Source: Rhodanobacter sp. (GTDB lineage Bacteria > Pseudomonadota > Gammaproteobacteria > Xanthomonadales > Rhodanobacteraceae). Taken from it: a stretch of DNA of 64,000 bases. The stretch is taken from NCBI GenBank assembly GCA_004298505.1, contig SCRO01000023.1, positions 9,033 to 73,032 on the forward strand. The letters are read 5' to 3'. Every line of letters starts with the position of its first letter. Position 1 is the stretch's first letter. Below the pieces are notes generated by a model. It was not told the DNA's origin. It worked only from the letters and a program-made list of their open reading frames with translations, and made no database searches. The position numbers and the translations under genes are program-made. Shown piece after piece: positions 43,569 through 53,889 of the stretch.

Positions 43569-44134
43569 CAGTGGTTCCCTTCCGCGCTGTGTGCGGCGGG
43601 ACCGTCAAGGGTCAGGCTGTCCAGGATCGCATCGAGTTTTTCAGTGGTGAGGTGTTCGTGGTAGTGGCCGTTGACGGTGGCGGCAGGCGCATACACGCAG
43701 GCTGCGATGCACTCCTCTTCCTTCTTCAGATACACACGACCATCCGGGGTGCTCTCGCCGAGCTTGATGCCGAGCTTCTTCTCACAGTGTCTGACCAGTT
43801 CCTCGGCACCATTGAGCCAGCACGAGATGTTGGTACAGATCGCCACGTTGTTCCGGCCAACCGGCCTGGTCTCGAGCATGGAATAGAAACTGGCCACTTC
43901 GTACGCCCAGATTGGCGGCAAGTCGAGATATTTCGCAACGGCCGTGATCAGCTCATCGGTGAGGAAACCCCGGTTCTGCTCCTGCGCGCCGAACAATGCC
44001 TGGATCAACGCCGAGCGCTTGCGATCCGGCGGAAACTTGGCCGCCCAATGGTCAATGTGATGACGGATATCTTCGGTGAGTACGACGAGTGGATCGACGT
44101 ACCTGACCTGTTCGTAATGTCCGGTGGCTTTCAT
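43568..44134 (-). CDS. nuoE: NADH-quinone oxidoreductase subunit E
   Basis: EVASFYSM, CTNISC...ECIAAC 2Fe-2S ligands; ATG at 44134. Confidence 0.95.
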   Translation of the reverse strand: MKATGHYEQVRYVDPLVVLTEDIRHHIDHWAAKFPPDRKRSALIQALFGAQEQNRGFLTDELITAVAKYLDLPPIWAYEVASFYSMLETRPVGRNNVAICTNISCWLNGAEELVRHCEKKLGIKLGESTPDGRVYLKKEEECIAACVYAPAATVNGHYHEHLTTEKLDAILDSLTLDGPAAHSAEGNH

Positions 44135-44146
44135 GGCTGAGATTCC

Positions 44147-44300
44147 GGGAATGGGGAGTGGCGAATGGGGAATGGGGAAAAGCCAGTCCGCATTGCGACC
44201 AATCCAGGTTCTTCGCGGGCAATGCGAACAAGAAGCACAGCGCCGTTGGAGCAGCAGCAACGCGCTCTACCCATTTCCGATTCCCTATTCTCGATTCCCA
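44147..44300. repeat. Inverted heptamer arrays (GGGAATG)5 ... (CATTCCC-like)4 with ~85-nt spacer
   Basis: 44147-44181 GGGAATG GGGAGTG GCGAATG GGGAATG GGGAAAA; 44270-44300 reverse complement TGGGAATCGAGAATAGGGAATCGGAAATGGG. Confidence 0.8.
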
Positions 44301-44306
44301 TGAAAA

Positions 44307-45563
44307 TCATCGATCGACCTCGCCGAACACGAGGTCATAGGTACCGATCATGGCCACCACGTCGGCGAGCATGTGACCGCGCACGATGCTGTCCATGGAT
44401 GAAAGGTGCGCAAAACCAGGGGCGCGCAGGTGCACTCGGAACGGCTTGTTCGCACCATCAGAAACCAGGTAGCAGCCGAATTCGCCCTTGGGTGCCTCGA
44501 CCGCACAATAGGTTTCTCCCGCGGGCACGCAATAGCCCTCGGTAAACAGCTTGAAGTGATGGATGAGCGCTTCCATGCTCTCCTTCATCACCGCGCGGCG
44601 TGGCGGAATGACCTTGTAATCCAGCACAGTCACCGGACCGGGATTGGCCCGCAGCCACGCCACGCATTGGCGGATGATCCGGTTGGACTGGCGCATCTCT
44701 TCCACCCGGCACAGGTAGCGGTCGTAACAATCGCCATTGACGCCGACCGGAATATCGAAATCCATCTCGGCATACTTCGCGTAGGGCTGCTTCTTGCGCA
44801 GATCCCATTCCACACCGGAGCCGCGCAGCATCACCCCGGTCATGCTCCACTGCTGGGCCAATTCCGGTGAGACCACGCCGATGCCGACGGTGCGCTGCTT
44901 CCAGATGCGATTGGCGGTGAGCAGCTCTTCGTACTCGTCCACCTTGGTCGGGAAATCGGCGGTGAACGCATCGAGGTAGTCCAGCAGCGAACCTTCGCGC
45001 CAGCGGTTGATGCGCTTGAGGTCCTTGCCCTTGTGCCACGGCGACTCGTGGTACTGCGACATCTGCGCCGGCAGGTCGCGATAGACACCGCCAGGACGAT
45101 AATAGGTGGCATGCAGGCGGGCGCCGGAGACCGCCTCGTAGACATCCATCAGTTCCTCGCGCTCGCGGAACGCGTACAGGAACACCGCCATCGCGCCGAG
45201 GTCCAACCCGCTCGAACCAAGCCACATCAGGTGGTTGAGAATGCGGGTGATCTCGTCGAACATCGTGCGGATGTACTGCGCGCGCTCGGGTATCTCGATG
45301 CCAAGCAGGGTCTCGATCGCACGCACATAGGCGTGCTCGCTGCACATCATCGAGACGTAGTCGAGACGGTCCATGTAGCCGATCGACTGGTTGAACGGCT
45401 TGGACTCGGCCAGCTTCTCGGTACCCCGGTGCAGCAGGCCCACGTGCGGATCGACGCGCACGATGGTCTCGCCATCCATTTCCATGATCAGGCGCAGCAC
45501 GCCATGCGCGGCCGGATGCTGTGGCCCGAAATTCATCGTGTAATTGCGGATTTCCTGCGCCAT
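44307..45563 (-). CDS. nuoD: NADH-quinone oxidoreductase subunit D
   Basis: [37 protein letters not shown]. Confidence 0.98.
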   Translation of the reverse strand: MAQEIRNYTMNFGPQHPAAHGVLRLIMEMDGETIVRVDPHVGLLHRGTEKLAESKPFNQSIGYMDRLDYVSMMCSEHAYVRAIETLLGIEIPERAQYIRTMFDEITRILNHLMWLGSSGLDLGAMAVFLYAFREREELMDVYEAVSGARLHATYYRPGGVYRDLPAQMSQYHESPWHKGKDLKRINRWREGSLLDYLDAFTADFPTKVDEYEELLTANRIWKQRTVGIGVVSPELAQQWSMTGVMLRGSGVEWDLRKKQPYAKYAEMDFDIPVGVNGDCYDRYLCRVEEMRQSNRIIRQCVAWLRANPGPVTVLDYKVIPPRRAVMKESMEALIHHFKLFTEGYCVPAGETYCAVEAPKGEFGCYLVSDGANKPFRVHLRAPGFAHLSSMDSIVRGHMLADVVAMIGTYDLVFGEVDR

Positions 45564-45564
45564 C

Positions 45565-46293
45565 TCAGTTCTCCCGCCACTTGTCGGCGGCTTCGGCGCG
45601 CGCTTGCATGAGGTCGGTATCATCCCGGATTACGCGCGGCACCAGCACGCGCGGCTCGATCGACACCGGCTCGTAGATCACTCGCTTCTGTTCGGGGTCG
45701 TAGCGCACCTCGACGTTGCCGCTCAGTGGAAAGTCCTTGCGGAAGGGATGGCCGACAAAACCGTAGTCGGTGAGGATGCGACGCAGGTCCGGATGACCGT
45801 CGAAAATGATGCCATAGAGATCAAACGTCTCGCGTTCGAACCAGTTCACGCCCGGCCACACCAAGGTGAGCGATGGCACCAGCGGCAGGCTGTCGTCCTC
45901 GCAGAATACGTGCAGGCGCAGGCGCCGGTTGTGCTCGATCGAGAGCAACTGGCTCACCGCGGCAAATCGGCGCGGTGCATGGCCGCCGGCAGGTCGCTCG
46001 GCCCAGCTGAAGCGACCCTGGGCCTGACCCTCGACCCCGCGCCCGAAGCCCGTGCCGGTTGCGGTCTCGGTGGTCCACTCCACCTGGCCATAACCGAGGT
46101 AGTCGATGCCGCAAAGGTCGATCAGCTGGCTGAAGCGGAACGTCGGTTCGTCGCGCAACGCGGTGGCCACGGCGACCAGGTCGGCCCCGGCCACTTCGGC
46201 AATGGTCTCGTGGCGTACCGTGCTGATGCTCAGGGTATCGCCGAATCGCGCAGCGAGCTGTTGGGCCAGCGAGGTCGCGGAGGTATCGGACAT
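45565..46293 (-). CDS. nuoC: NADH-quinone oxidoreductase subunit C
   Basis: [32 protein letters not shown]. Confidence 0.97.
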   Translation of the reverse strand: MSDTSATSLAQQLAARFGDTLSISTVRHETIAEVAGADLVAVATALRDEPTFRFSQLIDLCGIDYLGYGQVEWTTETATGTGFGRGVEGQAQGRFSWAERPAGGHAPRRFAAVSQLLSIEHNRRLRLHVFCEDDSLPLVPSLTLVWPGVNWFERETFDLYGIIFDGHPDLRRILTDYGFVGHPFRKDFPLSGNVEVRYDPEQKRVIYEPVSIEPRVLVPRVIRDDTDLMQARAEAADKWREN

Positions 46294-46302
46294 GTCAGGG
46301 CC

Positions 46303-46850
<548 letters not shown>

Positions 46851-46860
<10 letters not shown>

Positions 46861-47207
46861 TCGAGTGCTCCCTTCTTCCACACGTAGGCAAAGCCGATCA
46901 CCAACAGCAGCAGGAACAACCCCATCTCGACCAAGGCGACCAGGCCGATCTGCTGGAACACCACCGTCCACGGAAACAGGAAGGCGATTTCCAGGTCGAA
47001 GATGATGAACAAGATGGCGAGCAGGTAGTAGCGCACATCGAAGCGCATGCGGGCATCTTCAAACGCTTCGAAGCCACACTCGTAGGGCGCAAGTTTTTCC
47101 GCCTCGGGACGGCGCGGGCCGGCCAGCAGGCCGATCGCCAGCAGCACCAGGCCCAGGCCGGTGGCAACGCCGATGAACAAAAGGACAGGCCAGTATTCGG
47201 CAAGCAC
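46851..47207 (-). CDS. nuoA: NADH-quinone oxidoreductase subunit A
   Basis: [24 protein letters not shown]. Confidence 0.97.
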
Positions 47208-47385
47208 GATGCAACATACCTCCGCGCCTCAGGGCGCATCAGTGACCGACGGGAACTTGGATCAAGAACTCACGGTCCGGCGACTTCGACTCGGGTGGCC
47301 GACGCGGCCGTGTGCCGTGCGGCCGCACTGACGGAATGATCCGCAAGCGTCCGATGTTTCGCGAAACGGGTTCGCGAATCCGGGC

Positions 47386-47413
47386 ATTATATCAGTGCGC
47401 TCGGATACAACAA
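47386..47413 (-). promoter_or_regulatory. Putative nuo operon promoter
   Basis: TATAAT perfect -10 (47386-47391); TTGTTG 16 bp upstream. Confidence 0.55.
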
Positions 47414-47476
47414 GCCTTGACGGCCGCTGCGTTGCAAATTAATGCCTCTCGGGCAACCGCCCTGTACGCCGCGATG

Positions 47477-47830
47477 TCACATGGTTTGGGTGGGTCGCTC
47501 GGAGTTGAGCGTGCCGGCCAGGATGTTTTCGATGCGGCCGCGCGCGGCCTCTGCATCACTGGACTCGTTGAAGTGGATGCCGATGCCGGCGGTACGGTTG
47601 CCCTGTGCGCCGACCGGGCTGATCCAGACCACCCTGCCCACCACGGACAAGCGCTCGGCCTCGTCCGCCAGCGTCACCAATAGCACCACCTCGTCGCCCA
47701 AAGCATGGGACTGCGCGGTGGGCGCAAACAGGCCACCGTGTTTCAGGAACGGCATGTACGCGTTGTACAACGATGCCGCATCCTTGATTTTCAGCGAGAT
47801 GATGCCTTGACGGGCTGCCATCGGTTTCAT
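47477..47830 (-). CDS. pilZ: Type IV pilus assembly protein PilZ
   Basis: QGIISLKIKD...LYNAYMPFLKHGGLF...GRVVWISP...GIGIHF...RPTQTM. Confidence 0.95.
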   Translation of the reverse strand: MKPMAARQGIISLKIKDAASLYNAYMPFLKHGGLFAPTAQSHALGDEVVLLVTLADEAERLSVVGRVVWISPVGAQGNRTAGIGIHFNESSDAEAARGRIENILAGTLNSERPTQTM

Positions 47831-47878
47831 GCGTGACTCCTGCGCGGGCGCAGACAAGACCCCGCGACACGGTTGATC

Positions 47879-48094
47879 TTAGAGGGTGCATCGCGCAGGC
47901 ACCAGCACCGATTCCGTCCAGTGATATCGCCACGGTGGATACCGCTGCCGTACACCGGCGGCGCGAAGCATTTCCAGGCTCGGCGTGCGCTGCACGTCGG
48001 GGTCCAGTTGCGGCGTACCACACCCGAATCCTGGTTGCGCCACCGACCACGGCCGTCGTTCCGGATAAACGTCCGGCATGTCCAGGGCAGCCAT
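47879..48094 (-). CDS. Possible small hypothetical protein (71 aa) or gene remnant
   Basis: Open frame MAALDMPDVYPERRPWSV... with many GC-ending codons filling the PIG-L-pilZ gap; no recognisable family. Confidence 0.25.
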   Translation of the reverse strand: MAALDMPDVYPERRPWSVAQPGFGCGTPQLDPDVQRTPSLEMLRAAGVRQRYPPWRYHWTESVLVPARCTL

Positions 48095-48123
48095 CACCGG
48101 CGCCGTCCGCCGAAACGGTAAAG

Positions 48124-49098
48124 CTATGCAGCAACAGGGTCGACAGGGGTGTGACTTGCTTGCAGTTCGCACCAACCCCAATGGTCGAAGATCCATGGCG
48201 AAGGCAGGTTCAGCGACAGGTGGGCAAAGCACGGGGCGCTCTGGTCGCAGGCGGATGACGACAAGCGGAACCGTCCGTCCGGCATGCGCTGCAGTGGTGC
48301 GTTCGGCCAGGCCCAGCGGTATGCCCCTGTCGGGTTGACCACGCTCAGCCCAAGCCATGGCTGCAACCACCGCGGCGGCTGCCACGGCAATACGTCAGCC
48401 GCCAGAGAGGGCTGGCCTATCTCGACATAGCGTTCGGGTCGGTCTGCCAACCGATGCAGGCGTCTGCCGCTCAACGCGAGCTGGCTGCGATGCGCCAGCA
48501 GCGCCTCGCGCTTGTTTGTCACCTGCGCGGGTGTGGCCTGGATCTCGACGAAGCCCCGATGGCCCGGCATGCCATGTATCAGGTAGGTGAACAGCGCGGG
48601 CGATGCGGCGTGACCGGCCAGCGCCAGACGCACCACGACGTGTGCCGCGCCGTGGTCGGGATGTCGATCGAGCAGCGAAGGCACGACGATCAGGTTGGGA
48701 GCAAACCGGTCAAGCTCCTGTGCGATTGCCGCCACCGCACTGCCGGTCGAGTGCAGCAGCAGGGGCGACACCCCGAGGTCGGGCCAACCCAGCGGGCGCA
48801 ACGACGTCTGCGCCAGCCCCAGCCGCTCAAGCGCCTGCTGCATCTCGATACCGCGCCGCTGCGCCCAACGTCGGCGATCCGGCGCGTCGATGCGCAGGCG
48901 CCGTTCCAGCCAGCGCTGCGGCCACGGGTTGTTGTCGCCCGGGGTCAACAACACGATGCAAACCTCACCCCCGGCTTCACGCACTTGTTGAACCAGCAGG
49001 CCGGTCGCGATCGTTTCATCGTCCGGATGCGGTGCGACCACCAGCAGACGGGTTTGCGCGCAGAGCACCGGCAAACCCAACGGCGCGCCCCTTGTCAT
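48124..49098 (-). CDS. PIG-L/LmbE-family metal-dependent N-acetyl deacetylase
   Basis: VAPHPDDE and HPDH motifs, GWPD; ATG overlaps the holB TGA by 1 nt. Confidence 0.88.
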   Translation of the reverse strand: MTRGAPLGLPVLCAQTRLLVVAPHPDDETIATGLLVQQVREAGGEVCIVLLTPGDNNPWPQRWLERRLRIDAPDRRRWAQRRGIEMQQALERLGLAQTSLRPLGWPDLGVSPLLLHSTGSAVAAIAQELDRFAPNLIVVPSLLDRHPDHGAAHVVVRLALAGHAASPALFTYLIHGMPGHRGFVEIQATPAQVTNKREALLAHRSQLALSGRRLHRLADRPERYVEIGQPSLAADVLPWQPPRWLQPWLGLSVVNPTGAYRWAWPNAPLQRMPDGRFRLSSSACDQSAPCFAHLSLNLPSPWIFDHWGWCELQASHTPVDPVAA

Positions 49099-50033
49099 CA
49101 ATGCCACCGCGCCAGCAGTTCCAGCAACAACAGATCTGCACGCAAGGGGCCACGCAGACCCTCACGGGTGCGGTTTACTGCGTCGTACCAGGCACCCAGG
49201 GCCTCCGCATCCAGCGCGCTGTCGAGTGGCGCGGTGTCGTGCATCGAACGTCCGCGCAGCTCGTCTGCTGCCGCCTGCGCGGCGAACCACAACCGCTGCA
49301 CCGGCTCGTCATCGAGCCAACGCTTGACCACCTCGGTGGGCTGGCCACGTCCGGCAGCCAGCGCCGCCAGGTCCCGACGCACTTCCGTGCGCCGCTCCAG
49401 CGCACCCTGCCCCGCCCAGGCCGCCGCCAGGCCCGGGTTGCCGCCCGCCGCGGCAAGCGCTGCCTGCGCATCGGATACGCCCTCGCCCTGCAGCCAGGCG
49501 ACGGCAACCGCCGCCTCGGGCAACTGGAACTCGATCCGCTGACAACGGCTGCGGATCGTCTGCGGCAGACGCCATGGCGCGTCGGCGAGGAGGATCAGCA
49601 TGGTCTGCTCGGCCGGTTCCTCCAGGGTCTTCAACAGGGCGTTGGCGGCTGCCGGGTTCATCGCGTCGGCGGGGTCGATCGTCGCTACCTGCCAGCCGCC
49701 CAGTTGGCTGCGCATGGCAAGCCGCGCCGACAGCTCGCGGATCTGGTCGACCACGATCTCCGTGCGCGGGGTGCCATCCCGACGCAAGCCAAAGCTGAGC
49801 CTGATCACGTCTGGATGCGAGCCGGCCTCGATCAGCAGGCAACTGCGGCAGCGCCTGCAGGCGTTGCCGTCCGTGCCATCGCTGCACAACAAACCGTGCA
49901 CGAAGCGCTGCGCAAATGCGCGCTTGCCCAGGCCGGGTGCGCCGCACAGCAGCAACGCATGCGCCAGCGCATCGCGCCGCCGGCGCGCCTGCAGCCGCGA
50001 CCAGTGCTCCACCTGCCAGGGCAGCGCACTCAT
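49098..50033 (-). CDS. holB: DNA polymerase III subunit delta'
   Basis: HALLLCG, C..C..C...GSHPD, NALLKTLEEP, TIRSRCQ. Confidence 0.96.
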   Translation of the reverse strand: MSALPWQVEHWSRLQARRRRDALAHALLLCGAPGLGKRAFAQRFVHGLLCSDGTDGNACRRCRSCLLIEAGSHPDVIRLSFGLRRDGTPRTEIVVDQIRELSARLAMRSQLGGWQVATIDPADAMNPAAANALLKTLEEPAEQTMLILLADAPWRLPQTIRSRCQRIEFQLPEAAVAVAWLQGEGVSDAQAALAAAGGNPGLAAAWAGQGALERRTEVRRDLAALAAGRGQPTEVVKRWLDDEPVQRLWFAAQAAADELRGRSMHDTAPLDSALDAEALGAWYDAVNRTREGLRGPLRADLLLLELLARWH

Positions 50034-50671
50034 CGCGGCAACTCCGCCAGCAATGTCGCCAATGCCTGTGTGGCCGTCAGCAACACCACGGCAGCGGGCT
50101 GGCTGGCGTCGATCACGTGGAATCGTCGCGGTTCGCCTGCGGCACGTTGGCGATAGCCTGCGCGTACCCGTTCGAAGAATGCATCTGCTTCGATCTCGAT
50201 GCGGTCGCTCTCGCCCCGACCGGCGGCCCGTGCACGCCCGGCGGACACCGGCAGATCGAGCAGCAAGGTCAGGTCGGGCGCCATGCCAGCGCACACCCAG
50301 CGCTCCAGCTCGGCGATGCGCGCCAGAGGCTGGCCACGGCCGCCACCCTGGTACGCATAGCTGGCATCGACATAGCGGTCGCACAGCACCCATCGACCAG
50401 CGGCAAGAGCCGGCTCGATCACCTCACGCACCAGTTGGGCGCGCGAGGCAAACATCAACAGCAACTCGGTCTCGGCCGCCAGCCCATGCATCATCGGGTC
50501 AAGCACGATCGCCCGCACCGCCTCACCGACCGGCGTACCGCCGGGCTCGCGGGTCTGCACCAGGCGGATGCCACGGTTTTCGAGAAAGCCCCGCAAGCCG
50601 GCGAGCAACGTGCTCTTGCCGGCGCCCTCGCCACCTTCCAGACTGATGAATTTGCCGCGTGGCGCGGTCAT
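50030..50671 (-). CDS. tmk: Thymidylate kinase
   Basis: FISLEGGEGAGKST, TREPGG, LCDRY, PDLTLLLD. Confidence 0.98.
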   Translation of the reverse strand: MTAPRGKFISLEGGEGAGKSTLLAGLRGFLENRGIRLVQTREPGGTPVGEAVRAIVLDPMMHGLAAETELLLMFASRAQLVREVIEPALAAGRWVLCDRYVDASYAYQGGGRGQPLARIAELERWVCAGMAPDLTLLLDLPVSAGRARAAGRGESDRIEIEADAFFERVRAGYRQRAAGEPRRFHVIDASQPAAVVLLTATQALATLLAELPR

Positions 50672-51705
50672 TGGCAGTGCTTGCGCTGATAGCAGTCGAC
50701 GTTGCGGTTGTGCTCCGTCAGCGTACTGGCAAAGACATGGCTGCCATCGCCACGTGCCACGAAGTAGAGCGCATCGCCGGGCGCAGGGTGCAGCGCCGCC
50801 TCGATCGCGGGCTTGCCCGGCAATGCAATCGGGGTCGGCGGCAGGCCGGGCCGGATGTAGGTGTTGTAGGGCGTGTCGGTGGTCAGGTCGCTCTTGCGGA
50901 TATTGCCGGCATAGCTGGCGCCCATGCCGTAGATCACGCTTGGATCAGTCTGCAGCAACATGTGATCGCGCAAACGGCGCACGAATACCCCCGCAATCCG
51001 CGCGCGCTCGTCGGCGCGTCCGGTTTCCTTTTCCACGATCGAGGCCAGGATCAACGCGTCATATGGCGTGGCCAGCGGCAGATCCTTGGCGCGCCCCGGC
51101 CACAGCGCCGCCAGGGTCTTTACCATCGCAGCGTACGAGCGCCGGAGTATATCCAAGTCGCTGTCACCCTTCACGTAGGCGTAGGTCTCGGGCAGGAAGC
51201 GGCCTTCCGGCGCCTCGCCGGCGGCGCCGATCTTCTGCATGATCGCGGCGTCATCGAGACCGGCGCTGTCATGCTGCAATTTTTCCGCACCCGCCAGGGC
51301 CTGGCGCAACTCGGCGAAGGTCCAGCCGTCGACGATGGTGAAGTTGCGTTGCAGCACCTTGCCCGCGGCCATGTTGGCAAGCAGCTGGCGCGGTGTGATG
51401 CCGGGCGCCAGTGCGTACTCGCCCGCGTGCAGCTTGCCGGTCACGTGCATCTGCTCGGCGAGCAGCCGCCAGTACCATGGGTTGGCGGTGCTGAGGCCAT
51501 GCCGCTGCAATTCGGCGACGATACCCTTGAAGCTGGTGCCGCGGCCGACATCGATACTCTCCTGCTGTTGCGTCACGTTCAGCGGCGCTGCGCTGAAGCG
51601 ATGGTAATCGTTCCAGCCAAACACCGCCGCTGCCACCAGTGCCAGCAGTGCCAGCAACAGCACCATGCGTGACCACATGCGTCCGCGCACCGATCGCCCA
51701 GTCAT
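50668..51705 (-). CDS. mltG: Endolytic transglycosylase MltG
   Basis: N-terminal TM, EGRFLPETY, ILASIVEKET, LQTDP, YNTY..GLPPTPI. Confidence 0.96.
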   Translation of the reverse strand: MTGRSVRGRMWSRMVLLLALLALVAAAVFGWNDYHRFSAAPLNVTQQQESIDVGRGTSFKGIVAELQRHGLSTANPWYWRLLAEQMHVTGKLHAGEYALAPGITPRQLLANMAAGKVLQRNFTIVDGWTFAELRQALAGAEKLQHDSAGLDDAAIMQKIGAAGEAPEGRFLPETYAYVKGDSDLDILRRSYAAMVKTLAALWPGRAKDLPLATPYDALILASIVEKETGRADERARIAGVFVRRLRDHMLLQTDPSVIYGMGASYAGNIRKSDLTTDTPYNTYIRPGLPPTPIALPGKPAIEAALHPAPGDALYFVARGDGSHVFASTLTEHNRNVDCYQRKHCQ

Positions 51706-52532
51706 CCGTCCTGCTCCATCGAAAATCCCAGGTTGAGCCAATGCTGCTGCAACTGACGAGTCAGCGCACCTGGCACATAGCTCCACTCATCCAGTGACTG
51801 TACCGGCAGAATGCCGCGCACGCTCGAACTGAGAAAGATTTCGCTGGCCGCGGACAACGCCTGCAGGCTCAGTTCGGCCACGCGCGCGTTCGGCTGGATC
51901 GCCAGCACCTCGGCCCGCGCCACACCGGCCACGCCGCAGCAATCCAGCGCTGGCGTCAGCAGCACACCATCGATCACGGCAAACAGGTTGGCCATCGTCG
52001 CCGAGATCACCCGATCATGACCATCGCGCAGCAAGCCCTCGGCGATTGCCGGATCGCTCCACTCGGCGCGGGCCAGTACCTGCTCAAGCCGATTGAGATG
52101 CTTGATGCCGGCCAGCAACGGCTGTTCAGCCAGGCGCAAATGGCATACGCGCATATGCAAGCCATCGCGGTAGACATCGTCGCCTGGCGTCGGCGCGGCG
52201 AAGCCCGCGAGCACGCGGCCCGGCTGTGGCAAGACTGGCAGCGCATAGCCACGCTCGCCGACGCCACGGGTCAGCGTGATCCGTACTACCGCCTGGGCAA
52301 TGCCGTCGCTGACCCGTTGCGCTTCCTCCCAGAGTTGCAGCGGGTCCGGCGGCGGGATCCGCAGGCGTGCGCAGCCGTCGGCCAATCGCTGCATGTGGCG
52401 TGGCCACAGCGGCGCCCGCCCATGCACCAGACGGACGCTCTCGAACAAACCGTCGCCGTAGCTGAAGCCGCGGTCGAGTACGCTGACCTGCGTCGTAACC
52501 ACGCCATTGACCAGTAGCCGCGCAGTCATCAT
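51702..52532 (-). CDS. pabC: Aminodeoxychorismate lyase
   Basis: DRGFSYGDGLFES, GIKHLNRL, GVAGVAR, SSSVRGI. Confidence 0.95.
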   Translation of the reverse strand: MMTARLLVNGVVTTQVSVLDRGFSYGDGLFESVRLVHGRAPLWPRHMQRLADGCARLRIPPPDPLQLWEEAQRVSDGIAQAVVRITLTRGVGERGYALPVLPQPGRVLAGFAAPTPGDDVYRDGLHMRVCHLRLAEQPLLAGIKHLNRLEQVLARAEWSDPAIAEGLLRDGHDRVISATMANLFAVIDGVLLTPALDCCGVAGVARAEVLAIQPNARVAELSLQALSAASEIFLSSSVRGILPVQSLDEWSYVPGALTRQLQQHWLNLGFSMEQDG

Positions 52533-53875
52533 CCAGCCACTCCCAGCGCACGCAACAGGCCGCGAGCTTTCGCGCGGGTTTCGTCCAGCTCGCTGGTGGC
52601 CACCGAATCGGCGACGATGCCGGCACCGGCACGCAGGCCTACCTCGGTGCCGACCAAGGTCAGTGTGCGGATCAGAATGTTCAAGTCGAGATCACCATTG
52701 CGGTCCAGGTAACCCAGCGCACCGGTGTAGGCGCCACGCGGCGCATGCTCCAGCGCGGCAATGATTTCCATGCAGCGCATCTTGGGGCAGCCGGTGATGG
52801 TGCCACCGGGAAAGGTGGCGGCGATCACCTGGCCGGGTGTCACGCCGGTGCGCAGGCGTCCGCGTACATTGGAGACGATATGGTGAACGTGGGCGTAACT
52901 CTCCACTGCCATCAACTCGTCGACCTCGACCGTGCCGGGTACGCAGACGCGCCCCAGGTCATTGCGCTCCAGGTCGATCAGCATGACATGCTCGGCCCGC
53001 TCCTTCGGATGCGCACTCAATTCGCGGATGCGTGCCAACTCATCCTCGCCCGGCAGGCGCGCACGCGTGCCGGCGATCGGGCGGGTCTGCGCCACACCGG
53101 CACGCACTTCGACCAGTCGTTCCGGCGATGAGCTGAGCACCGCCCAACCCGGTTGTTGCAGCAAGCCGGCAAAGGGAGCCGGATTGGCCTGGCGCAACGC
53201 GTCGTAAAGGGCCGCGGGAGCGGGAGCCCGGGCGTAGCGCGCGTGCCAGCTGCGCGACAGATTCACCTGGAAGATATCACCGGCGTAAAGATGTTCGTGG
53301 ATGCGCTCGACGCCATCGAGGAAGTCTTCCGGCGCATCTTCGACGCACGATTCGGGCACGGGCAGGCCAGACCACGAAACCGGCAGCGCCAGGTCGGCTT
53401 CGAGCATGGCGAACCGATGCTCGTGCCCTGCCTCGGCGACCATGGTCGTGCACCCGAGCACGTGATCGACGATCACCGCCACCGGGCAGCGCACGGCCAG
53501 CGCCAGCGGCAGGCTGGAGGGTGGTTGCAGGGCCAGACTCGGCTCGATCTCGCCGGCCAGCTCGTAACTTAGCAGGACGACCCAGCCGCCGTGGAACGGC
53601 AAGCCGTCGTCGTGCCTGGGCTGGCATCCAGCCTGCCATGCCCGGTCTAGCGCATCGAGAAAGCGCCCCGGTTGCGCACGCCCGGCCCCGTCGCGCACCA
53701 CGCCATCGGCCGACAACGTGAGCCTGTCGCCGGGAAACGCGAACAGGATGTCGTAGCGCGACTGCGCCGTGCCATGCGACACACTTTGCAACAGGCAGGG
53801 ATAGCGCTCCGGAAGAACCGCGGCCGGCGCAAGCAGGTCGCGCCGGCCGTCCAGACTGCGACGATGGCACCTCAC
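52529..53875 (-). CDS. pabB: Aminodeoxychorismate synthase component I-like (chorismate-binding)
   Basis: GDIFQVNLS, SSSPER, TRPIAGT, KERAEHVMLIDLERNDLGRV, PGGTITGCPK. Confidence 0.85.
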   Translation of the reverse strand: MRCHRRSLDGRRDLLAPAAVLPERYPCLLQSVSHGTAQSRYDILFAFPGDRLTLSADGVVRDGAGRAQPGRFLDALDRAWQAGCQPRHDDGLPFHGGWVVLLSYELAGEIEPSLALQPPSSLPLALAVRCPVAVIVDHVLGCTTMVAEAGHEHRFAMLEADLALPVSWSGLPVPESCVEDAPEDFLDGVERIHEHLYAGDIFQVNLSRSWHARYARAPAPAALYDALRQANPAPFAGLLQQPGWAVLSSSPERLVEVRAGVAQTRPIAGTRARLPGEDELARIRELSAHPKERAEHVMLIDLERNDLGRVCVPGTVEVDELMAVESYAHVHHIVSNVRGRLRTGVTPGQVIAATFPGGTITGCPKMRCMEIIAALEHAPRGAYTGALGYLDRNGDLDLNILIRTLTLVGTEVGLRAGAGIVADSVATSELDETRAKARGLLRALGVAG

Positions 53876-53889
53876 GCCGGAGCCGTCGA

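Noticed and set aside
44134-44260. N-terminal extension of NuoE predicted by the ORF track
   Set aside because: It is a translation of the heptamer repeat (FPIPHSPLPIP); the family-like start is MKATG at 44134.
44147-44300. CRISPR array
   Set aside because: Units are 7 nt, tandem and inverted, with no unique spacers or cas genes.
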